A stretch of 64,000 nucleotides of DNA from a virus, in IMG/VR virus record IMGVR_UViG_3300044837_000085, positions 1 through 64,000 of that record; one strand, 5' to 3'. Shown here one piece after another: positions 51,337-62,248 of the stretch (position 1 is its first letter; each line of letters opens with the position of its first letter). The position numbers and the translations under genes were made by a program. A model generated the notes under the pieces. That model was not told where the DNA came from. It searched no databases and worked only from the letters and a program-made list of their open reading frames with translations.

Positions 51337-51952
51337 GTATCGATGGCGAAGATAATGATTTCATTTTCAGGCAAGTTAGCCGCTCAGTCACGCTTGATCT
51401 TATTCAGCGGCTGGAGCGCGTTCGATTAGCTCTTCGTGAGGACAGATGGATGGCGGCGGCGGAAGTGATATCGGATGCAATTTCCGAAATTTCCGCGTTA
51501 AGAGCAGCAACATCTTCGCAGACGCGGGGAACCCCATGAGGCGCGCTCAATCATCACGCGATGTTGAGATTCCCGCGGAAATGATCGGGCTCGCCGAGCG
51601 ACGTACAGAATTTCTTTTCCGGCATATGCAATACGGCCCGAACCCGATGAAGATGATTCTTGCCAGCGCTTACATACAGGGCATGAACGATATGTTCGAC
51701 GCGCTAGAAAACGCCGGACTTATCGGTCCCACGGTCTCGCGCCCGCACGGAGGAACCCATGACTAAAGCGAAGAAGACGGAGCCAAATGCAGCGAAGCTT
51801 TCGGTCGGGCATCATTCCGGAGAACATATTTGGGGATACGAGGTTTTTGGCGATGGAAGGATTCAGTTATCGCCAGGATTTGCCGATCGATTTTGCAGGA
51901 TTGTGGATCGCGAAGGCGGCCTACAGGCCATGCAGGAAAACGTCAATCGTTT

Positions 51953-52344
51953 CATGCTTATCCGGTTAACGCACACAAACTCTGAGGCATACTAAATGTT
52001 GAGATGGTGTTGGCATCGATGGGAGAAACGACCGAGCGAGTTAGGTTGCTACGGTATGGGGCTTGAAACATTCGAGATGCAGCAGTGCGCAAAATGCCAT
52101 CATTGGCGAGATCGTTTGAAAGGCTTAAAGCCCGATGGCCGAAGCCGTTATTCATGGGAGTGGACAGATCGTCCAGCCGTCAATTGGCGAACTCTGCCCA
52201 AGTCTGAACTTGCCGAATTATCATGCATCATCGATTGCCGGGATGGCGCGGTCATGAGCGAACGAGACGAGGCGATTCAGAAAGCGCGGAAAGAGTGTCA
52301 TGACCACAACATCTAGGGCTGTGTGCCCAAACCGGATAAGCATG
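51953..52344 (+). mobile_element. non-autonomous IS1595-derived gene cassette 2
   Basis: TIR catgcttatccggtt / aaccggataagcatg; 8-bp TSD aatcgttt (51945-51952, 52345-52352). Confidence 0.9.
51996..52316 (+). CDS. cassette cargo, Cys/His-rich hypothetical protein
   Basis: 106-aa ORF filling the cassette. Confidence 0.75.
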   Translation: MLRWCWHRWEKRPSELGCYGMGLETFEMQQCAKCHHWRDRLKGLKPDGRSRYSWEWTDRPAVNWRTLPKSELAELSCIIDCRDGAVMSERDEAIQKARKECHDHNI

Positions 52345-52779
52345 AATCGTTTTGTTGCCGATGAATTGACGCGCACTCACAAAGAGCGCCGCGACTGGTG
52401 GAGCGAATTATCTAAGGATACTGGGATCGACCCAGCGAAAAACTATGTGTTCGACATAAGGACTAGATCAATAGTTGAGCAAAAAAAGCCCGATCCTCCG
52501 TCTCCACAGGAAGGCGGGGAAGCCCATGAGTGACATGCATTATGACGATCATCTTGACGGCGAATGCTGGCAGTGCGGCGGCGAAGGCCGCGTGGCCGGA
52601 ACCTGCATCGATGGCTGCTGTCTGGAACAGGATGATCCGGACTGCCCGTATTGCTCGCGTCGCTGTGACGTTTGCAATCCGCCAACGCCAGAACAGGTCA
52701 AGCGCGGCAATGAGCTGCGACAAATCCTAGCGGATGCGCTCAATGCTGTGTCCTCACCACTGAACCCGGAGAAATAAGG

Positions 52780-53292
52780 ATGATGGCAAAAACCAAAGCG
52801 CTTCCATGGACTATTCTCGGCCGAGAAATAGGAACGGCGACTGGCTGGGACCAAGCAGATACATTCATCATGCAACTGTACGATTTCATGCCTGCGGCTG
52901 GTGTTGACCTTCCATCAGGAACCATCTCCATAAATTTCGAGACCGGCATGGTTGAGAGCTGGGACGATAATGGGCAGATCATCAAGGCCAGGGATATCGT
53001 TACGGCCGTCTGCGCGCTTTCGTGTTTTTCACAGAAGCCGCCAGTGAGTAGGGAAATGGAGAAATACGTCGAGATTCGCCCCGTAGTAATGGAAGGCTCG
53101 CCGGATGCCCACAATGTCTTCTTAAAGGTGACAAACCAGAGCTTTTGCGTCACGCCATACGGCTGCGAGACAAAAGAAGATGCTGAGTGGAGCCGCGACA
53201 TGCTCTGCGTGGCGCTCGAAAAAATCGTGGCTGACGCGGGGGCCGGCGATAATGTGTCCGAACCACCTACCCCGGAGAGCGGCAATGGGTGA
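52780..53292 (+). CDS. hypothetical phage protein
   Basis: ORF with RBS. Confidence 0.55.
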   Translation: MMAKTKALPWTILGREIGTATGWDQADTFIMQLYDFMPAAGVDLPSGTISINFETGMVESWDDNGQIIKARDIVTAVCALSCFSQKPPVSREMEKYVEIRPVVMEGSPDAHNVFLKVTNQSFCVTPYGCETKEDAEWSRDMLCVALEKIVADAGAGDNVSEPPTPESGNG

Positions 53293-53408
53293 GAGTTTTT
53301 TCACAATTTGGGAGCGCGTCATCAAAATTCGCTTTTGTCCCCGGTGCCGCCTTCAGTCAGCGGAAGCCTTGGCGATTGATTGTGTCTGTGACTTTGCTGA
53401 AAAAGAAC

Positions 53409-53486
53409 GCGCTCGTAGCTCAGCCGGATTAGAGCAGCCGCCTTCTAAGCGGCAGGTCGCAGGTTCGACTCCCGCCGAGCGCACCA
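53409..53486 (+). tRNA. tRNA-Arg(TCT)
   Basis: canonical cloverleaf, loop CTTCTAA, TTCGACT, encoded CCA. Confidence 0.95.
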
Positions 53487-53609
53487 CGAAATCAGCCCCA
53501 GCGGATGGAGCGTCTCATCTTCGCGTTGAGCGTGATCCGTCAGAAATGCCGGATTCCCCTGGGGCTGATACCCACTCTCGCGCAGTTGTGGGAAATGCGG
53601 GGAAGCCCC

Positions 53610-53843
53610 ATGAGTGAGTCCAATCTTCTACCCTGCCCGTTCTGTGGCGGCGAGGCCCGACTAATCACCGGCCAGCACAACTTCGTTGATGCGCAAGTTA
53701 GTTGCTTGGACTGCGGTACATCAGGCCCGGACTTCGATCATGATCCGGCAATAGGCGCTTTCGATCATGATCCAAGCACGTCGGCGGCTAAGCATTGGAA
53801 CACTCGCATCAATGGTGAGCGAACTACACCGGGGAAGCCATGA
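53610..53843 (+). CDS. Lar-family restriction alleviation protein
   Basis: LLPCPFCGGEA...C.DCG...A..HWNTR. Confidence 0.8.
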   Translation: MSESNLLPCPFCGGEARLITGQHNFVDAQVSCLDCGTSGPDFDHDPAIGAFDHDPSTSAAKHWNTRINGERTTPGKP

Positions 53844-53880
53844 GCCCTGATCGCCGCATGACGCTAAAGCAGGCCGCCGA

Positions 53881-54444
53881 ATGAGCCGCGCCGTCACTTT
53901 CACGCAGGCCCAGGTGCGCCGCGCCGTCAAGGCTGCGGAGAGCGCCGGGCTGCGCGTGCAGTCGATCACCATCGAACCCGATGGGACGGTGAATGCAGAC
54001 GGTCCACTCCTGCACCGGCCTGATCGATTCTTTGAATTAGACAGGGCGGCCGCCTATTGCCGTAGTCGGCCAGATCAATTCAAGGCCATGATCAAGGTGG
54101 GTATATTTCCGCAGCACGGGCCAAAAAAGCTATGGGACCGTAAGCTGCTCGATACTTCACTTAAATCCGCAACGCCTGAGGTCAGGCCGGGCGGTGGCCG
54201 AGTTTACTTTCTAGCCGTTGATAAGTTCATCAAGATCGGGTTTTCCGCTGGTGGCACCCTGGGACGGGTTGCTCAGATGCAAACCGGGTCGCCATTTGAA
54301 ATTGTTTTAATCGCGGATGTGCCCGGTACCGAACAAGCCGAGCAAGCCCTGCACGATAAATTCAAATTCCTGCATGAGCGCGGCGAATGGTTCAGGCGAG
54401 ACGCCGGACTGTTGGCTTACATCGACTGGTTGCAAGGCAAATGA
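53881..54444 (+). CDS. excisionase-like HTH fused to T5orf172/GIY-YIG domain
   Basis: AAAYC...WDRK.LD; VYFL....IKIGFS...QTGSP...E..LH..F....GEWF. Confidence 0.7.
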   Translation: MSRAVTFTQAQVRRAVKAAESAGLRVQSITIEPDGTVNADGPLLHRPDRFFELDRAAAYCRSRPDQFKAMIKVGIFPQHGPKKLWDRKLLDTSLKSATPEVRPGGGRVYFLAVDKFIKIGFSAGGTLGRVAQMQTGSPFEIVLIADVPGTEQAEQALHDKFKFLHERGEWFRRDAGLLAYIDWLQGK

Positions 54445-54659
54445 CCCGCACCATCCCCTTCACCGCAGCGTCGCTTGCCAGAGCCATCAAAGGCGTTGAG
54501 CTGGCGGGCCGGTTTGTCGTCGGCGTCAAGCCTGACGGCACCCTGATCGTGGGGGATAAGCCCGTCGAAACCACTTCCTTAGTTCCGGCAGTTGAGCAAC
54601 CCTCACCCCGAAAATTCGGGGAGAAACTAGGTGGTCAAGGTGCATCTGGCAGGGCTTAA
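54441..54659 (+). CDS. small protein preceding integrase (xis-like)
   Basis: FT.ASLARAIK..E.AG motif, also at the N-terminus of 53881 ORF. Confidence 0.55.
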   Translation: MTRTIPFTAASLARAIKGVELAGRFVVGVKPDGTLIVGDKPVETTSLVPAVEQPSPRKFGEKLGGQGASGRA

Positions 54660-55773
54660 AATCGTCCGCTCCAAGGGCAAATATTACGTCTATGTCCGGG
54701 CGACTGGAAAGGCGTTGCTGCGCGGGTTCGATGGCGACGAGGCGGCCCTACGCAAGCGCCTAGCGCTACCTGACATGATCGGCGCCTACAATGCCCCACG
54801 CAAGCGCGAGACGTATCCGGAGAAGACGCTAGGCTGGCTAGTGGCATGGTTCACCGATTCCGAGAAGTGCGACGAGTTCAAGAACTTGAGCGCGAGCAGC
54901 CAGGATCAGTACGGCGATGGCCTTCGATATCTTGAACCCGAATTTGACTTCCCCCTTGCCGACCTGACCGCAGCCGGCGTCTATGCAGTCCGCGACCGTT
55001 GCATCAAGGATAAGTGGCCGGTCTTTGCTGATAAGATGGTGACGGCGCTCTCGACCATGTTCAATCTCGCGGTGCAGCGTGGCTGGATGCCGACCAATCC
55101 AGCGCTGGGCATCAGGCGGGCCTACAAGTCAGACCCGAACGCCAACCGGGAATGGCGCCCTGAGGAATGGCAAACCGTAAAAGAGCGCGCGCCCCTCGCG
55201 TTGCTAATCCCGTACATGCTGGCACGGCACGTCGGATATCGCAGTCAAAGCGTCGTCGCCGTGGCGTGGCCGAACTACCAGCCAGACCCCCGGTTCGGCA
55301 TGTGCTTCCGGATGCGCCACAAGAAGAACGCCGAGGAGCATTGGCTGCCGGCGTCGCCAGAGATTCAGATGTTCCTCGCGTCGCTCAAGGTCCGCACGCC
55401 GGATGGGCCGATCGCGCTGAAGCGCAACGGTAAGCCTTGGGACAGCGAGGAGCAGCTACAGAAGCGCTCCAGCAACTTTCTGACCGGGCTGGCGCGCAAG
55501 GGACTGGTTGGGCCGGGGCTGACCGAGCACGGCCTGCGGGCAACGTTCGCGGCCGAGATCAAGCGCCTGACCGGCGCCAATGACGACCAGGTGGCTGCCG
55601 CCCTCGGGGACCGCGACGTTCGCATGGGCGCGCATTACACGCGCCACGTTAAGCAGGAGAACAAAATCCTTTTCCTGTGGGCACAGCGAACGAGAACAGA
55701 ACGAGATTTGGAAAACCGGAGCACTCAGGTTTTCCAGCAAGGCGAAAATGATGGTAATATCAGCGGCTTATAG
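54631..55773 (+). CDS. int: tyrosine recombinase (phage integrase)
   Basis: G.R, K, HGLR, ALGD...HY catalytic pattern. Confidence 0.9.
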   Translation: MVKVHLAGLKIVRSKGKYYVYVRATGKALLRGFDGDEAALRKRLALPDMIGAYNAPRKRETYPEKTLGWLVAWFTDSEKCDEFKNLSASSQDQYGDGLRYLEPEFDFPLADLTAAGVYAVRDRCIKDKWPVFADKMVTALSTMFNLAVQRGWMPTNPALGIRRAYKSDPNANREWRPEEWQTVKERAPLALLIPYMLARHVGYRSQSVVAVAWPNYQPDPRFGMCFRMRHKKNAEEHWLPASPEIQMFLASLKVRTPDGPIALKRNGKPWDSEEQLQKRSSNFLTGLARKGLVGPGLTEHGLRATFAAEIKRLTGANDDQVAAALGDRDVRMGAHYTRHVKQENKILFLWAQRTRTERDLENRSTQVFQQGENDGNISGL

Positions 55774-55890
55774 CAATGAAGAGGACGCTGAGAATGTTAT
55801 CCTATCCCTGTTTTTACTGATATTTTTTGGAAAACCGCCATGGCGCGACCCACTAGAAGTCCCGTGAACAAAGACAGATTTGGAAAACCG
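55700..55890. other. putative attP with arm-type repeats
   Basis: tttggaaaaccg at 55707, 55826, 55879; inverted ggttttcca at 55728; AT-rich. Confidence 0.65.
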
Positions 55891-56930
55891 AAACATGCAG
55901 AGAACAATGGACGAGATCAAGGCGCTGACGCCGGAACAGAAGAATTGAAATCGGTCGAAAGGCCGCTCAGGGCGGCAGGAGGATGACGATGAAGATGACG
56001 AGAGGCGACTTGAGGAACGCGACCAAATGGAGCTCCCAGCTCGACCCCAAGCCGAGCGCGACGCGGAGAACCTGCTGCCCTTCAACGTAGTCGGGATTGT
56101 CATAGACACCGGCGAAGGTGGCCTGAAACCTCACCGTATTGAGCGGGGCGGCGGTACGGGCACCGGCACGATATCTCATATTAGTTGGGCTGACGATTTG
56201 CAGCGGGAGTTCACGAATGCACTGCACCGGGTATTCCAGCAACGTGTTTTGGATGCCGAAAAGGAATTAGCCTCCCTCGGCATTGAGACGGCTGCCTAGT
56301 CCGGCAAGGAAGGCACAACATGGCGAAGCGTAAGGAACATCTGCCGGTACGCCGGGTGGCTGGCAAGGCCCGGAAGCCTAAGCCGGTTATGGCCTGGGGC
56401 GGGTTCGTTGACGGCAAGCTGTGCGAATGGCTGAGCGGGTTCTACGACGTGGAGCACCTATCGGTCTTCCGGACGCGGCGGGACGCTAGGCGATGCTGTG
56501 AGGACGTTCGGCGGGTTGAAATCCGGATAGTCCGGTAGTTTGGCAAGGAGATCGCCAGTGCCCCTTGAATTGATCCCGGTTTTCGCGGTGGAGACAATCT
56601 TGATTTGGCTGTTTCTCCGCTGGGTTTTTAGCCACTAGGCAAGGGGATCGAGGAACTGAGGCATGACGAGACCCGGAACATTCAAGGATCACGTTCGCCA
56701 AGCCTTCACTGAGGCTGTGGAGAACGGCCGCGAGGTCGAGCGGCTGCTAAAGCTGATCCAATGGTGCAGGCCGCGCCTTACCAGAGATTGCTACCGCGAG
56801 TATGTCGATAAATGTTTGGCTGATCCGTCGCTGCTTGACCCTGATCCGGACATGCAGGGCAAGATGACGAACGGTAGCTAAAGCGGTGATCAGTAGGCAC
56901 CACCACACCGCGGCAACATTGGAGAGACCT

Positions 56931-57377
56931 ATGGCTGATGCAAAACCAAAGACTTCGACCTTCACGATCCACCACGACCGCTGCAAGCCCAACGATTGGT
57001 CGCTGGCGCAATGGAAGCTGCTGCAAGATTTCATCCGGGAGCCGCTAATGCAAAGAGCGGCGGCGCTTTCCCGGCTTGGCATTCAGTTGGTGCTGTCGGA
57101 GCACCACGAACCGCTTGGCGGGTCTCTTGAGAGCTTCGGATGGACGGATGATCGAGGGATGCCCCACCCCGACAGCATTAGCGACGACCTGAACGACATT
57201 GCCGAGGACGATATAACCCCCGTTGTCGAGGTCTATCGAGGGCCGACCAAGTACGCAGTCCGATTCGGCGTCGATGACGGCCATGGCGAGTTCGGCGGGT
57301 ATGAGTTCGAGATCAAGGAGACCGAGGCGGAAGCCGAGGAGTTCCTAAAATCGCTACATGAGCCGGAAACGGTCTGA
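56931..57377 (+). CDS. hypothetical acidic protein
   Basis: ggag RBS, ORF. Confidence 0.55.
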   Translation: MADAKPKTSTFTIHHDRCKPNDWSLAQWKLLQDFIREPLMQRAAALSRLGIQLVLSEHHEPLGGSLESFGWTDDRGMPHPDSISDDLNDIAEDDITPVVEVYRGPTKYAVRFGVDDGHGEFGGYEFEIKETEAEAEEFLKSLHEPETV

Positions 57378-57800
57378 TGCTTTCGAATGGTCACCATGGA
57401 GGTGAGGCGTGAAGGGTACATTTGAAGGGCTAGACATAATCGCCAAGCTTCGAATTTCTGCGCAAGATGGCCGGGAGATCATCGAGCCATGGCAGATGGA
57501 CCCGAACCTTTATGATGAAGCGGCCGATGAAATCGAGCGATTGAGGAAGATGGCCATCGATATGCAGGAAATCAAACTGATCGCCAGCGATTGGCGCTAT
57601 TCGTCAGAGGCGGTCGGGATCGCATTCCGCAATAGGCTGAGACTATCAACAGACACCGAGAGCGTGACGTGAGAGACAGCGGCGGCACCTATAGCCGTCG
57701 CGGGGAGTCGCCGCATACAAATGCCACTCAGCCCGGCGGCTCCCCAAATTCTCACTCAGCGATCCTGACCGACAACGAATGGTCACCATGGAGGTGAAAC

Positions 57801-58142
57801 GTGAAACTTGATCGGCACATCAACATCGATAAGCGCGGCAAGTATGCGCTCCTGAAACTGCGGCGGCTGGACGACTGGCTGCAAAGCGGCGCTTTCGCGG
57901 AGGTGCCACAATCAATCCAGGATGCCCTCAAGACCCTGGAGGGCGCGGGTATGGTCGATTATGGGACCTCCGGCACGGAATCCGAGTTCTTCGTGATGAG
58001 GCTCAAGGACAAGTACGCCGCCAGTGGCCTCTACGGTTACGCCAATGCGGCGTATATCGACGATCCGGAGTATGCCGAGGAAGTTGAGGGTCTGGCGCGG
58101 CGCGCTGGACCGGCAAGCCCGTTCTGCAAAAAGCCGGACTGA
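57801..58142 (+). CDS. hypothetical phage protein
   Basis: EFFVMRLKDKYA...CKKPD; ggaggtg RBS. Confidence 0.65.
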   Translation: MKLDRHINIDKRGKYALLKLRRLDDWLQSGAFAEVPQSIQDALKTLEGAGMVDYGTSGTESEFFVMRLKDKYAASGLYGYANAAYIDDPEYAEEVEGLARRAGPASPFCKKPD

Positions 58143-59244
58143 TTGTGCTGACAGATCATCGATGGACTGAGGCATGAAGAAAATTGAAAGCTACTCGGAC
58201 GTTATCAGGGGCACGGTTACCTATGAGATCGGCGGTGGTCGATATATTACTCTCGACACGCGCACCGTTCAGGAATTTGGGCTCGCTAAGGTGATGGAAT
58301 CCTACGGCGTGGAAATACCGACAGAGCGGGTTCCGGTAATGCGATATGGGCGTCGCGTCGGCACCGTACCGGGGGACTTCGATCTGTCGTTTGCGCGCAG
58401 CCGATCGCCATTCTATGACGTGAGGCCGGGCGACCTTACCCGCCAAGGTGATGTTTGGGTCGCAGCTCGAAACATGGGCGCGAGCGATCTGGATTGCCTA
58501 ATCGGCTTCAGACGCGATGACAGCATTGAGCATGAGAAGCGCCAGGAAGAGATTCGGGATGAGACGCTGACCGCGCTTGGCGTCCCACTACCCCGATGAT
58601 GAGCAGTCACGGAGGATGGCATGGCATTCAACGGCGAGGGCACTTGCTCAGAATGTTACGAGGGTGGATATAAGGACGCCTTTGAAACGGTCATTGAGCA
58701 CTTCAAGAAGTCACAGGCGTTCTATAGCGGGCACGGAGATGTAATTGCCGCCGAGGTAGAGGCTCTGTTGAAGACCGAACTACCCTACTCCTAAGCGACA
58801 ACCGAGGAAGCCCCATGGATAGAGAGACCGCAATCGAATTGCTCAAGATGGAGCAGAGGAACGGCGACACTGAAGCGGCTCATTCAAACGCCGATGGTGT
58901 TCTGTGTGAACTCCTGAAGGCTCTCGGCTATGGGGATGTTGTGGACGAGTATATCCAAGTCGAGAAGTGGTTCGCCTGACGCCACACCCTCGCGCTGCTG
59001 GCCAATGAGAGGGACACCCGATGGAGTCGAACCATCCGTCGAACTCGGCAGAACGGCGATCAACCCGAACCGCAATGAGCCGCCCGCCCATGGCAAGCCA
59101 TTTTCCGGCGGAAGTGTCTGAGACGATGCCTATCACAAACAAAAAGGCCGCGCCATCCCGAAGGACAGCGCGGCCAGTTTCAACAGAGTGCCAGAGGGAG
59201 GAAATCTGGCAAGCTACCGCCGGAAGGGAATCCAGGCGGATTGG

Positions 59245-59616
59245 TTAGAGGGCTGCGGGCTTATTGACGTAGCCGTTCGCCTGACGCTGTACCCCGGCTG
59301 AGTTTGTGTATTGCAGGACCACGGTGTTCTGCCCGCTCCGCATTGCGGTACGCGGCCATGTGAACATGCAATAGTACTTTGGACAGGTGATGAGGAGTTT
59401 GCCATTCCCGTAGATCGAGATCGACTTCACTCCGGCCGGATCGACAATGTTCGCCAACATGAACACGTCGTGGTTAGCATCCATGTTCATTGGCATCGAT
59501 AGGATAACAGGATTTGGTCCGCCCACGTTGTTGCCGATTGTATTATAAACCAGCGCATTATCGGCAAGCGCGGGACCAGCGAGCAGCAGCATAAAAACGG
59601 CGGCGAGTTTCTTCAT
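59245..59616 (-). CDS. secreted Ig-like domain protein
   Basis: signal peptide MKKLAAVFMLLLAGPALA; beta-rich. Confidence 0.6.
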   Translation of the reverse strand: MKKLAAVFMLLLAGPALADNALVYNTIGNNVGGPNPVILSMPMNMDANHDVFMLANIVDPAGVKSISIYGNGKLLITCPKYYCMFTWPRTAMRSGQNTVVLQYTNSAGVQRQANGYVNKPAAL

Positions 59617-60562
59617 GCTTGTTTCCTTCTAGCAGGGTGACCGTGCTTGGCTATCTGTTCGCGCATCCGATCTGACGCCTTGGCGCGCTCCCCTGGTCTC
59701 TGGTAGCGCCGCCACGCGGCCTCACTCCTGTTCTGGCGCTCGGTCTCCGATGCATAGCGGCGCTTTGCCGCCGCACTCAACTTGGCTCGGTGCTCAGGAG
59801 ACCAGCGCACGGCCCTCTTGGGCTGAGGTTTCTTGACACACCCAGTGATCCGGTGGAGGCAGCCGCAGTGCGTGGCGGCCCCGGAGATTAAATTGGAGAC
59901 GTAGATCACGCGTTCGTTGCCGCATATGCATAGACAACGCCATACCTTCCCTTTGTGCCGGCCGACGACTTCCAGACAGCCAAACATCGCTCCGGTCAAG
60001 TTGCGTCGCGGCGGCTTCCCATCAGACCAGATATGCCCCATGGCAAGCACTACGTCAGCATCCCAGATTCTCGCCGCGCGAAATACTCATGCGAAACCCG
60101 GAGCCAGTACCGCGCCCTTTCAAGCGGGACGTGGTTTTCTCTGTGATGGTGCAGCCCCGATAGCCGCGCCGTATCCATGATGGAACCCGGCGGATGCCTG
60201 GGAAAGGCCGCAATCAACGTTCCCCAACTCGGCCGCCGGTTTATCGCGTAAATCGCATGGAGCCTGCGTATTTCGTGATTGGTCCATGTGGCGTATTTCA
60301 TTTGCAGGGATCAGGCTTCCCGGCGCTGTAAGCCTCACTCATAGCCTGATATCGTCCCCCGCCCTTGCATAGTTGTTTCCATTTCTTTAGCTGCTGGCGG
60401 TCGAGATAGGCTTTGCTGAACGTCCCAAAGACCGGCTGTCCGTCGAACATATCAGCCCTCGCCTGCACGCAGGTTGCGACAAGCAGACAGGCCGCGAATA
60501 TCAGAACGGTCCAGCGCATGACGGCCTCGATTGTGATATGATGATTTGAGCAGGCGGCACAA

Positions 60563-61063
60563 ATGGTCTACTTTCGCAGCATAGTTAGAAGCCGAGGAAA
60601 GAAGCGCCCGAAAGTGACAGACGCTGAACAGCAATTATTTGAGACTGCCGCAACCGAACCAGCCGCCAAGCCGTCCCGGCAGCGCTGCACATATTGCGAT
60701 CGCGAGATGATCCGGCGTCGCGTCGCGTTCGGCAAAGTACATATTGGCCTCGCTAAGACGAAGGATCACGTTTTCCCCTATTCGCGCGGGGGCCGTAAAA
60801 CTGTTCCGGCGTGCTATGCGTGCAACCACGCTAAAAGCGACATGCCCCCGGAGATTTGGGAACTGTTCATGGCGGACAACCCGTCATGGTGGCTGCTGGA
60901 GAAGAAGGATTTGAGGAAGGCGCGAAAGAAGGCCATCCTAGCGACCGCTGAATTTAAGCGCGTGGCAATGACGGTCCCGCCGCCAGCAGTAGACGATCAC
61001 AGCGCCCTGAGAGAGCATTGGATTTTTATAGTGCGCTGCATGCGGCAGTCCCCAACCCCATAA
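60563..61063 (+). CDS. HNH endonuclease
   Basis: CTYC...TKDHVFPYSRGG...VPAC..CNHAK. Confidence 0.85.
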   Translation: MVYFRSIVRSRGKKRPKVTDAEQQLFETAATEPAAKPSRQRCTYCDREMIRRRVAFGKVHIGLAKTKDHVFPYSRGGRKTVPACYACNHAKSDMPPEIWELFMADNPSWWLLEKKDLRKARKKAILATAEFKRVAMTVPPPAVDDHSALREHWIFIVRCMRQSPTP

Positions 61064-61102
61064 ACCGGCGGCCGGGCGGGGTGATGCTCCCGCCCGGTAG
61101 TG

Positions 61103-61468
61103 TTACGGAGACGGCGTAAGGTTCGGTGTCGCCGGATTAGCCGTCACGGCAGAATCCACAGCATCCGCGGTGCTCGTCAGCGCAGTAACGACATCGTTGA
61201 TGGCACTCTGCGTTGCGGGATCTTGCGTCGGGATTGCCGCTAGCTGCGCGGCAAGCGCGGTGTTCTGGTCCTTTAGGGCCTGTAGCGCTGCAAGTGCGGC
61301 AGTATCGCTGGCCTGCAACCGCGCAGCAACAGCTTGTAGTGCAGATACGTCGATCATGATGGTCTCCTGGTTCTTGAGTATGAGGTCCGTTGAATGCTGG
61401 ATAACCTCAAGCCGGTTTAGGACCACAGTATCCGGCAGGAAGTGGTGATAGACATCTATCTTGATCAT
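61103..61468 (-). CDS. hypothetical coiled-coil phage protein
   Basis: IDVYHHF start, Ala-rich helix. Confidence 0.6.
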   Translation of the reverse strand: MIKIDVYHHFLPDTVVLNRLEVIQHSTDLILKNQETIMIDVSALQAVAARLQASDTAALAALQALKDQNTALAAQLAAIPTQDPATQSAINDVVTALTSTADAVDSAVTANPATPNLTPSP

Positions 61469-61855
61469 GGTGTCACGCTAGCCCGAATAATCTAACGAGC
61501 GCTCGCGTGATCTGGACAATGAGGAAGTTGCCGAAGCCCCAACCCATCGCCGCGCCGAATAGTGCGATAAAGAATGCGCAGCACGTCTGCCATGTGCATG
61601 TGATTGGCATGGTAGCCTCCTGTTATTGCCACTCATCTTCGGTAAACTTCAATCCTCGGCTCTCGAAAGTTTCAGCCAACATCTTCGCCGTTGCTTGTGC
61701 TGCGGCCAGCCTAGTCTCGGCGGTCGCCACCTCGCTCTTGGCGTTTGCTGCCGCGCCTGTGAAGTTCATGACATCGGCGCGGTATTTGGACACAAGCGCG
61801 TTGAGGTCCATAATTTGGCTTTGTATCGCATCCCATTGATCCTGCGGCGTCGTCA

Positions 61856-62020
61856 TTAAAGTCGTCCGAGCAAAAGCAAGATCAGAACAACCACGAGCAC
61901 CAAACCAATCCCGCCTCCAAGATATGGACCGCCGCCATAAAATGGCCCGCCGCCAATTCCTGAGAATCCGCCGACCAGTAAAATGATGAGAATGATCACG
62001 ACTATCGTTCCAATTGACAT
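61856..62020 (-). CDS. DUF3309-like small membrane protein (not in ORF track)
   Basis: MSIGTIVVIILIILLVGGFSG...GGGIGLVLVVVLILLLLGRL. Confidence 0.75.
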   Translation of the reverse strand: MSIGTIVVIILIILLVGGFSGIGGGPFYGGGPYLGGGIGLVLVVVLILLLLGRL

Positions 62021-62248
62021 AACGGTCATCCTTTATGTTTCGTGATGCTCTACGGCGACATCGCCGTGATTGGTGGTTGGATTTCCTCAAACGTCACGCG
62101 GTAAAACTTGCCGCGCTTCAACCTGCCGCGACGCGGGTCCAGATTGTTGGTTACAGTTTCGATTTCAAGCTTCAGGAGGCTGACTTCATAGCCACTATCC
62201 ATCAGCACTGCGGCCATGCACTCGGCCTCGAACACAATGGGAGGCACT

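Larger units (their letters stand above)
51759..52533 (+). pseudogene. phage gene interrupted by non-autonomous cassette 2
   Basis: ...QENVNRF joins VADELTRTHK...GEAHE*. Confidence 0.75.

Noticed and set aside
54095-54135. Resemblance of array block 1 (gg at tt cc) to codons GIFP in the xis-like gene as a self-target
   Set aside because: Only four consecutive dinucleotides match; compatible with chance
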